Part shown: piece after piece, positions 27,792 through 37,439 of the stretch
Layout of the letters: each line of letters opens with the position of its first letter
Position numbering within the stretch: position 1 is the stretch's first letter
Source: Octopus sinensis
Lineage: Eukaryota
Length of the DNA stretch: 64,000 nucleotides
Assembly (NCBI RefSeq): GCF_006345805.1
Contig: NC_043005.1
Coordinates: 40,548,001 to 40,612,000, forward strand
Direction: 5' to 3'
Program-made: the position numbers and the translations under genes
Notes under the pieces: model-generated
What the model saw: only the letters and a program-made list of their open reading frames with translations
Database searches by the model: none
Told to the model about the DNA's origin: nothing

Positions 27792-28018
27792 CAGATGAGC
27801 CTTGTCCCCGTTTCACTATGTACTACTGCAAACCTTTGCACTTTGAAAATATAAAAACTTGTAAAGAAGGAGAAGTATCGATGTCTTTTAAAGGATCAAA
27901 AATGTTGCCATCTACTGTGAAGGAAGTATTTTGCCGTTGTCCAAAATCTGATCCTCTACATTTGACAAGTATTGAAAATTATGGCTTCAAGAAAACTGAG
28001 TTTTACTCATGTTCTATG
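27792..28018 (+). CDS. Coding exon of Cys-rich secreted protein, end of module 1 and module 2
   Basis: Acceptor CATTTTCAG(CAG) in phase 1, donor GTGAGC in phase 0; encodes TDEPCPRFTMYYCKPLHFENIKTCKEGEVSMSFKGSKMLPSTVKEVFCRCPKSDPLHLTSIENYGFKKTEFYSCSM. Confidence 0.9.
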
Positions 28019-29176
28019 GTGAGCTTTCAAGCATTCTTTATAAATAACATCCTACATCACACCATCAGTATTAAGTCACCTTCATAACAGAGAAAGGCAA
28101 AGCTGAGTTATTATCAGCATAATCATCATTTAATGTCTGTGTTCCATGCTAGCATGGGTTGGATGGTTTGACAAGGGCTGACAAGCTGGAGAGCTGAATC
28201 AGGCTCCAATTGTCTATTTTGGCATGGTTTCAACAACTGGATGCCCTTCCTTATGCCAATTACTTCATAGAGTATACTGGGTGCTTTTTATGTGACACCA
28301 ACATGGGAGCTTCTTACATAGCAACAGCATGGTTGCCTTTTTACATGGTGCCAGCACAGGTGCTCTTTGCATAACCTCAGGAGACTTTTTATATGTCAAA
28401 GGTTTTGATGTATATATTTTTACAAGTTATACTATATTGTCAGCGACATGCAACATTTGGTTTTATGGTTGTGCATTGATCAAGTTCCAACTTGTTGCTG
28501 CTCAAAATTAAGAGTATGTTTAAAATGGGTAAATATATAATTACACTCTGTCTCTCTTTCTCTTTTTCTCTCTCACACACACACATGCGTGCTAAATACA
28601 AGTGGTTGTTAGACTTAATCTGTATAACCCCATTATCTTTGCCATTTGGAGTCTACTCAGTTGCAAACATTTGGTCAGATCTTCAGTCTGAGAATAACTT
28701 TATCCGTCCTACCAATCTTAAACACTCTCAAAATGGCTTGTATGTGCTTTGTTCCTCTTCTGACTAAAACTATGCAGGCAAATAGCATGTTTCTCCATTT
28801 CTTTTAACTATTTCAATTCTCCCTCCAAGGGAAATGGCGATTTGTAACAAAATATCAAAAAATTCTGTCATTAGAATCTGGATAGCAATAAGTGTTACAT
28901 GTTGACCTTTAGAAAAGTCTAGTAAAGTTTGGCTACTCTGCTTACAGAATGAAATGATAAACTGTACATTAGTTGGTCACATTCTTTCTGAGATTGCCAC
29001 TGAAATATTGACTATCATAAATGAAAGCATTAATAATTGTTGATATAAATGTGAATTTACTAGCAGGATAGAGAAGCTGCAGATTTTAAAGCAAATATTC
29101 TCCTTCTTGTATATGTGTGTGTGTGTGTGTGTGTGTGCATGTGCATGTGCATATGTGTGTGTGCATGTATGCATGC

Positions 29177-29216
<40 letters not shown>

Positions 29217-29975
29217 CATTCCACGAACCTAAGAGCCACAACATACAATACTATAAAATACAACCCACATAACCAAACCAAAACGCTACTACCAAACATC
29301 CACCCCAGGAACCAACCATACAACCATAACAAACAACAAATGCACTACGGAGGAAACAACTACCAACACAATACACCTGAGGAACTAAGACGTAACACTA
29401 GGTTCAACAACAGACTCCAGAACAGAGCACCACAAACTCACTCTGACAATTATAACAACATGAGACAGATAAATAATAGCTTTGAACATAACTACACCAA
29501 CCATTTTTTAGACCCCACACACAGGAACAGGGACACACGATGGCAAAGGACAAACAAAAGAAACCTCAGGTAATTAAGATAATCAATCTCTCAAACAAAG
29601 AACTTACACCTAACGAAATAAGCATACTCTCCAAGGACTTAAATTACACCCCACCCCACAACGTTCTAATTATTATGAAATGAAAGATGATATTTCGGAA
29701 TTTTGCAGAAAACTAAGACTCACCGAGGCATTTCAAGACAAACAAATAGAGGAGGACTCAATAGCTAGAAACAAGAGCAATTACACCCCCACCAAGGTAA
29801 GAATAAAGCCTTAGACCGCTATTGTGACTACATAACTAATTTCCCGTTTCAATTCATCAAGAAACAAAAACACAGCCCTAACTTCAACAAAAGAGAATGG
29901 AACGACCTCATCAAACTAAGAGAAGACAAAACAATAACAATTAAGGAGGCAGATAAGGGCAACGCGATAGTAATA

Positions 29976-31205
29976 ATGAATACAAACAATTATAAAAATT
30001 TAGTGCTATCCCTATTAAGAGATGAAACGTATTATGAAAGGGCCCAACAGTATAACCAGCAAAAAATAATGCATAACCTTAGGACATTAATCAACACATA
30101 CCAAGAAGGACTCACGAACAAGGAGTATGAATACATCACTAACTTCAAATGCAAATCGAGTTTGTTCTATGGTATCCCTAAGGTACACAAAAGCCAAACC
30201 ATTAGAGAAACGTGCAAAACATCCACCGACACACTCATCAAAATCCCTTCACCAAATGATCTTAAACTAAGACCGATAATAGCAGGGCCAGCATGTGAAA
30301 CTCACCGCCTCAGCAATTTCTTAGACACACTTCTTAAACCTTTCCTAAAACACATCAAAAGCTACGTAAGAGACGATATAGATATGCTCAACCACCTCCC
30401 TAAAACAGTCAATGAGAAAACCCTTCTAGTATCATTCGACGTAGTTAATCTTTATTCTAACATCCCTCACAACCTAGGAATAGAAGCAATCACCTTCTGG
30501 CTGAATAACTACCCCTTTGAACTCCCAACTCGCATAAACAAAGACCTTATAATAGAAGGACTTAGATTCATTTTAGAGAACAATTATTTTATTTTGACAA
30601 TGATTTCTACAGGCAAAGATCAGGAACAGCGATGGGCACGCGTACTGCACCATCTTTTGCCAACCTAGTGATGGGATACCTCGAGAAAATACTATACCGG
30701 ATGACCTCGAGAAATATGGAAACACCTTCGCCACCTATATCCATAACAACTGGAAAAGATACCTCGATGACTGTTTCATCATCTGGGACAAAGGCATAGA
30801 GAAACTTGAGGAATTTAAAATTCTATTAAATGGAATAAATGACAATATACAATTCACGATGGACCACAACGAAAAAGAATTACCATTTTTAGACATCCTC
30901 ATTAAGAAAACGGCAACAAAATAGAGACAGATATCTACTATAAACCGACAGACTCTAAACAGTACCTACCCTTTGATTCATGCCACCCACGACACACTAG
31001 AATGAATGTCCCTTTTTGTTTAGCTAGAAGGATTTGCACCATAATATCAGACACAAACACCCGACACACACGTCTCCAGGAACTTAGAACCACACTCACA
31101 AATAGAAACTATCCACAGCCCCTAATAGACAGTGCAATCCAACGGGTACTTAAATTAAGTATAGAAGACCTGAGACAACAAAACCAAAAAAGAAATAACA
31201 ATTAA
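29976..31205 (+). pseudogene. Penelope reverse transcriptase and thumb region (frameshifted)
   Basis: ORF pieces 29976-30668 and 31002-31205; the catalytic YLDD is encoded at about 30760-30771. Confidence 0.9.
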
Positions 31206-31300
31206 AAAACCTTCCCTACATCTCTACACACAACCCACTCAACAATGAGGCCTTCAACACCATACTACAAAGCACAGCCCTACTAAAGGGAGACCCAAAG

Positions 31301-31789
31301 ATGAACCGGATCCTCGAAACACACACCATCATTAAAAGTAAACGGCAACCAAAATCCTTGAAAAGGATTTTAACCCAAGCTACACTGCACTCAACATCAA
31401 CCACAAAACCAGCAGTTAGAAAATGTGGAAGGCCCAACTGCGGAATCTGTGTCATCTTGAAAGAAGGATCAGAATTTATACTGGAACAAGGCCACCAGTT
31501 CACCATTAGAACAAACTTCACCTGCGCATCAGAAAACTTAATTTACGTCATAACATGCGCAGGCTGCAATAGGCAGTATATAGGCCATACAAAAAATAGC
31601 TTACGTAACAGGATGGCGGTGCATAAATCACAAATTAGAAACCCTGATTACCGCAAAATACCGGTCAGTGGACACATAGATAGATGTGCTGGAAATGTAA
31701 ATCCGAAATTTACAACTAACCCGCTCTATAAATTCAGTGACAACGCAACCTTCACACAACGCCAAAATAAAGAACTATATTTCATATAA
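31301..31789 (+). CDS. Penelope GIY-YIG endonuclease domain
   Basis: CxxxxCxxC linker, LIYVITCAGCNRQYIG, RxxxH and KE motifs. Confidence 0.9.
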   Translation: MNRILETHTIIKSKRQPKSLKRILTQATLHSTSTTKPAVRKCGRPNCGICVILKEGSEFILEQGHQFTIRTNFTCASENLIYVITCAGCNRQYIGHTKNSLRNRMAVHKSQIRNPDYRKIPVSGHIDRCAGNVNPKFTTNPLYKFSDNATFTQRQNKELYFI

Positions 31790-32001
31790 AAAAATTTAGA
31801 CCAAGTTTAAACACCCTGGGCCAGGAATACTAAAACAAAAGATAAGTCCTCCGAAAAGGAGAACCAAATTTCACCACGGCCGCTACTTCAAACAGACACT
31901 CACTCTGACGGAAATATGCCTTAGTAAAAAAGGAAAAAAATTCTTTCGTGCAAATCTGACCCTGATACATACGATACAGCTAAGGGTCAGACCCGATTCT
32001 G

Positions 32002-32435
32002 ATTGGTCAACAAGTTGATGACGTCTAGCTCTGCTAGAATGGACAGGATACAAACAGGGGACAGTCATTAGTCAGAATATTGATGACGTCCTTTTCTGCT
32101 TGAATAGTCACCTAACAAGTACAGACAGGGGGCAGATCTAATGTAGCTATAAGTCGTGATTGGGCAGAATCTGGATGACGTCCCGCTATGCTTGACTAAC
32201 GAAGCGACTGGTCAACAAACAAGAGGGAGTTATAATGCAGCGATTGGTCAAAATAATGATGACGTCCCGTTCCACTTGGTTAAAGCCACCTAACGAAACG
32301 ATTGGTCAAAACATTGATGACGTCACGCTACGCTAGATTGACCACCTAACAGGCATTATAAAACCGAGCATTTCACAAAAACTCACTAGAACCACCCAGC
32401 GAACTTCCACCATGGGTCATCACAATTGCTTAGGT
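32002..32435 (+). promoter_or_regulatory. pLTR promoter: 5x CCAAT-CRE modules, TATA, Inr, Kozak ATG, splice donor
   Basis: ATTGG (one ATTAG) at 32002, 32067, 32159, 32243 and 32301, each followed exactly 17 nt later by TGACGTC. TATAAAA at 32357, TCACT at 32383, CCACCATGG (ATG at 32412), AG/GTAAAA at 32434. Confidence 0.7.
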
Positions 32436-32703
32436 AAAAATGAATTCCTCGCTCTTTCGGAAACATCAATCTTCTGTATTGACCGCTTTCCACCACTTTG
32501 ATCTGTTTTTTGTATTGAATACGTATCGCCACCGTGGGCCACTGCATCAAACACTTTGAACATATACTTCAAACTATATATCAACTATACATGAACTATA
32601 TATCAACTATACATGAACTCTAAGATGTCTGACTCCGTTGTGTATATAAATGAATTTCTTGTGTTTGACGGCATGAGCTGTCTTTTTTTATATATAACTT
32701 TTT

Positions 32704-32738
32704 TTGATAAGGTTCATTTCAGGAACTGAAACATGTTA
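32704..32738 (+). ncRNA. Degenerate minimal hammerhead motif near the end of the Penelope pLTR
   Basis: TTGATAA GGTTC ATTTCAG GAACT GAAAC AT GTT: U3:A8 core variant with stem II present; stem I is poor. Confidence 0.45.
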
Positions 32739-32825
32739 TAATGTATATATAAAAATTAAAAATTGTATAATACAGCAGCATTTTCGAACTTCATTTTTTA
32801 CAAATATATATATATATATATATAT

Positions 32826-33095
32826 TAAATAATAAATATTAGGGAATATATCCAAATTTACAGGGAAAAAAATCAGATTTAGGATTAAATCCATTTATAG
32901 TAAAATATTATAAAATATTATTGAGACAAAACCACTATTTTGCAAAAACAAACAAGGAAAGACTTAATCATACATAAAATTTAATAAATAGTCAAAAAAA
33001 CCGCCACTACAATCGTTTCTGTCTTGATCGACAATCTTCAGGTGGACTTCAATAATTCAGTTACATTGCAAAATAGTGGTTTTGTCTCAAATATA

Positions 33096-33100
<5 letters not shown>
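32826..33100 (-). mobile_element. Second (TA)n-inserted Penelope-type pLTR fragment with an inverted segment
   Basis: TA tracts on both sides; perfect 25-bp inverted repeat at 32921-32945 / 33066-33090; contains a hammerhead. Confidence 0.7.
33004..33045 (-). ncRNA. Minimal type I hammerhead ribozyme
   Basis: CCAC CUGAAGA U UGUC GAUCAA GACA GAAAC GAUU GUA GUGG: canonical core, 4-bp stem I, 4-bp stem II, 2-bp stem III and GUA cleavage triplet. Confidence 0.8.
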
Positions 33101-33153
<53 letters not shown>

Positions 33154-33413
33154 ATATATATATGTATGTATGAATGTATCTATGTATATGTATATGTATA
33201 TATGCATACATGTATGCATCTATGTATACATGTGTGTGTGTGTTTGAGCGTGGAAGCCTGGGGGCAAATCAAGGGTGCAATCAAGGTGAGCAACTGCTGG
33301 GCATTGCTGACATTTTGTATGGGCAATGGTCAGTAATGGTCTCCCTAGTCACAAGTACACAACTGTTGTCATCATCATCATCACATCTCTCCTCTCTCTC
33401 TCTCTCTCTCTCC

Positions 33414-33462
<49 letters not shown>

Positions 33463-33497
33463 TTATATACTTCTATATATGTATATTATATATATAT

Positions 33498-33790
33498 AGG
33501 AGTGACTATGTGGTAAGAAGCTTGCTTCCCAACCACATGGTTCCAGGTTCAGTCCCACTGCATGGCACCTTGGGCAAGTGTCTTCTACTGTAGCCTCGGG
33601 CTGATCAAAGCTTTGTGAGTGGATTTGGTAGATGGAAACTGAAAGAAGCCCATCATATATATATATATATGTATGTATGTATTTATGTGTATGTATGTAT
33701 TAGTTATTTGTGTCTGTGTTTGTCCCCCCGCCGCCATCACTTGACAACTGATGTTGGTGTGTTTACATCCCTGTTACTTAGTAGTTTCTC
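33498..33790 (+). mobile_element. OR1-like SINE
   Basis: GGAGTGACTATGTGGTAAGAAGCTTGCTTCCCAACCACATGGTTCCAGGTTCAGTCCC head. Confidence 0.85.
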
Positions 33791-34268
33791 ATTTATGTAT
33801 GTATGTATGTATGTATGTATGTATGTATGCATGCATGTATGTATGTATGTATGTATGTATGTATGTATATGATCTTTTCTTTCAAGATCGGCAACATGCT
33901 TCAACTTTAGTCTAGAGATATAATAGAAAACACTTACCTAGTCTACTGCAAGGTAGAACAGAACCCAAAATTCTTTGGCAGGGAAGGAAACATTTCATTT
34001 TAACCACACATCCATGTCTATATATGTGTGTGTGTGTGTGTGTGTATGTATGTAAAAGTATGCATACGCACACATATAGACATACAAAGATGCACAGAGA
34101 CAGGCATGCTCGTACACTAACATTTTGTCATATTGAAAATCTAATTTGTTTGTTTGCCATAGGCTATTTTGAGTTACCTTAGTGACAAATATACTGATCA
34201 TTTTTTTTTTTCAATTATAGTCTAATCTCACCTTTTTCTTTTCTTTTTTCTTCTTCTTTTCTTTTTAG

Positions 34269-34430
34269 CCTGCATGTAACACAACAGATGTTGAGCATGT
34301 TTGCAGGAAGAATACTAATTCAAAGTCGGCGCACTTCTTATGTCGATGTCCATATAAACAAGCTTGTGATAAACAGCACCCAAGTATATCCAATTCAGTT
34401 CAATGTCAACAGGTGTCACATTCTGTGTAA
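34269..34430 (+). CDS. Terminal coding exon of Cys-rich secreted protein, module 3 (absent from the ORF track)
   Basis: Very strong polypyrimidine acceptor ending TTTTTAG at 34268; phase 0 gives PACNTTDVEHVCRKNTNSKSAHFLCRCPYKQACDKQHPSISNSVQCQQVSHSV-stop with 6 Cys. Confidence 0.88.
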   Translation, partial: PACNTTDVEHVCRKNTNSKSAHFLCRCPYKQACDKQHPSISNSVQCQQVSHSV

Positions 34431-34558
34431 AGAGAGTAAAAGAAATTTTAAAACCAAAAACTTTGAACTTGAGTTGCATGTCTATCATTGGTGGCGGAAA
34501 GGAAAAAAAAAACAACAAAATTTTTTTATTTATTGACTCTATATAATAATTTTTAAAG

Positions 34559-34621
<63 letters not shown>

Positions 34622-34837
34622 GGTGGCAAGCTGGCAGAATCTTTAGAGCTTTGGACAAAATGTTTAGCAATGTTTATTTTGGCTGTTTATGTTCTGAGTT
34701 CAAATTTGATCAAGGTCAACTTTGCCATTCATCCTTTCAAGGTTGTTAAAATAAAGTACCAGTCAAGTTCTGGGGGTCAATGTAATTGACTATTCCTCTC
34801 CCACTAAAACTTCTGGCCTTGTGCAAAAATTTGAAAC

Positions 34838-34882
<45 letters not shown>

Positions 34883-35208
34883 GGAGTGGCAGAATCCGTA
34901 GATTGGTGGAGGACAAAATACAGCGAGGTATTTAGTTATGTCCCTTTTATGTTCCAATTCTGCCAAGGTTTTCTTTGCTTTAAATCCTTGCAGGGTTAAT
35001 CTAGTCTTGGAGTCAATTCAATTAATTATATTCTCCCTCAAAGCAATTGGCCTTGTGCCTTCAATAGAAATCGTCATCATCATCATTGATTATTGTTATT
35101 AATATTATTACTATTATTATTATTATCATCATCATCATCATCATTATCATTATCATCATCATCATCATCATCATTATCATCATCATTATTATCATTATTA
35201 TTATTATG

Positions 35209-35255
<47 letters not shown>

Positions 35256-36139
35256 GTCAAGACGAAGAGTGCAATTCGATTGTAATAGATATTTTATTGG
35301 TTGAACGATATTTCAACAGTAAGTCTGTCTTTGTCAAGTTCAAAATAAGAAGAGAAAAAAAAATCAAAATTATAGAAAATAATATTATTATTATTTATTT
35401 GGAGGTGGATTTGATGTAAACCTCTGCTATAGGTGTTTTTGAGGTTTGTTGACTGGTACATAAACCCTTCAGAATTTGCAAAAGGAAATCTTTATGGGTG
35501 GCGCAGCTGGTAGAGAACTGGAAATATTTAACACCTCGCAGTTATGATCAGTTATGTTCTGATTTCAAATTGTAGGAGTGGGGATCAGCTTTAGCTTTTA
35601 TCTTTCAAAGGTTGATAAAGTACCAGTAAGTACTGGGGGAGGTTGATAAATCAACGAACGCCTCACTAGTGAATTTCAAGCCTTGTACCTAATGTAGAAA
35701 CAATCGCAAGAACAAAATTGGTAGAGCATCAGTCAGAATGCCTGATGTTATTTGTTCTGGATTATTACATTCTCATTTCAAATCCTGCCTAGCATCCCTT
35801 TGGGTGTGGGTGGGGGGGGGGGTCAATAAAACAAAGCACCAGCACTGGGGTATGATTTAATCAGCTAACTCACCTCCCCACTACCCACTCCACATTCGTC
35901 GGCCTTCTACCTAAATCTGAAATATTACTTGTTTTTGCGTTTTATTTATTTATTTATTTTTTTTTTTAATTATTATTACTATTTTTGATTATGAAAATTC
36001 AGACAGACGATGACTGATGAAAAGGAGGAAACAAACTGACTCCACTTTTGTTATCACTTCCATATTATATGCTTGAATTAAATATCCTTCCCAGTCCTAG
36101 CATTTTTATTAACATCATTATCATCACCATCACTACTAT

Positions 36140-36175
<36 letters not shown>

Positions 36176-36636
36176 TATTAAAAAAAGAGACATTATTATA
36201 GTTCTTATTACAGAGTGACTGTAAATTTTCAGCATCTGATTTTGATCCCCAGTTGGTGCCGTATCTCTTACAACACTAATATCATTGGGAAAAGTATGAA
36301 CGCCACAATGTCCCATTTCCATTCCCTAAAAATATATGGCTTCATGCCTATGTAATAAATTCTCATAATAATAACGATTATGGTTGTTGTTGTTGTTGTT
36401 GTTGTTGTTTTTGCTGCTGTTGTTGTTGTTCAAGTCGTTATTTGATATATGTTTAAAAAAAATATATATATTGCCCAGCTCAATCCTGTAGCCAAATATT
36501 TCTAATTACATCTTTAGTTCCAAACAGTTCAGATACCAGTTGCCCCACAGATAGTGCCTTACCTTATTACAACACAAGGCAAAACTTAACATTATCAGTC
36601 ATGAAATCAATCACACACACACACACACACACATCA

Positions 36637-36765
36637 TTCTTTAAGAAGAATAGTATTGGTAGTGACTTCGAAATTTCTGCTAGCTAAGTCATCATCAAAC
36701 TGTCCAATGATGGCTTAGCTGGGCAAAATTTCGAAGTCACTGTCAATAATATTCTTGTTTAAGAA
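36637..36765. repeat. ~58-bp-arm imperfect hairpin (palindromic MITE or structured RNA)
   Basis: AGTGACTTCGAAATTT...AGCTAAGTCATCA pairs with TGATGGCTTAGCT...AAATTTCGAAGTCACT around a ~13-nt loop. Confidence 0.85.
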
Positions 36766-36857
36766 TAATAAAATTTTACCATACAAAAGTATAGAGTAAC
36801 CCTTCAGGTTAATGTAAGATTGTTTTTACTATAAGTGAACATAAAAGCAAACATTAA

Positions 36858-36916
<59 letters not shown>

Positions 36917-37028
36917 AGAGAAAGAGCTTGTGTATACACGTATATAAGTATTTTTAAATCATTAGCGAAGCTCGATTCTCCACCGTCACAAACGTTAGAA
37001 CAAGTACCACCTATTCTGATCAGTGAAA

Positions 37029-37407
37029 TCTATATATATAAAGCTAAAGTTGTCTCTGTGTGGCAGGTTTGGTAGCCTTCAACTAACACTATCTCCTCCG
37101 AGATCCTGCGGCGCAAGTTGATCAAAATTGAGAGTATGATAGAAGAAGGCTTGCTCTTCGTTCCGTAGAAGATAAAATCCAAATCAGACCACGTTAGGAC
37201 CAAAAAGTATTTACATCAAAAAGGTGCTTTTTTTCTATGAAAATCCCTATTTTTTACTGCTGTGTCGCCATTTTTCGGTGTATTTCAACCAGAAAAAAGT
37301 TCACTTAAAGAGAATAACAAGCTACATAATGCAAAACTTTTACTTTTCAAACATTCCAATTCTAAAGGGTCGAAACAAACACGAGCAACGCCGGGCGATG
37401 CTGCTAG
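37029..37407 (+). mobile_element. Non-autonomous Helitron
   Basis: Starts A|TCTATATATATAAAG and ends CGAGCAACGCCGGGCGATGCTGCTAG|T: 5' TC, 3' CTAG, GC-rich subterminal hairpin remnant, insertion between A and T. Confidence 0.85.
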
Positions 37408-37439
37408 TTGAAAATAAAAATTTAAAATATATAAAAAAC

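Larger units (their letters stand above)
29213..32803 (+). mobile_element. Penelope-like retroelement (RT + GIY-YIG), 5'-truncated, between (TA)n tracts in the host intron
   Basis: Motifs IKEADKG, FYGIPKVHK, LRPII, SFDVVNLYSNIP, GTAMG, WKRYLDDCFIIW and LPFLDI, then CGRPNCGIC and LIYVITCAGCNRQYIGHT; several frameshifts; ~1-kb 3' pLTR. Confidence 0.95.

Noticed and set aside
34288-34536. 82-aa ORF from the track overlapping the last exon
   Set aside because: Wrong frame; the splice-compatible frame starts at 34269 and carries the six-Cys module.
36014-36045. CTGATGA...GAAAC hammerhead-like words
   Set aside because: No stem II, stem III or stem I pairing.
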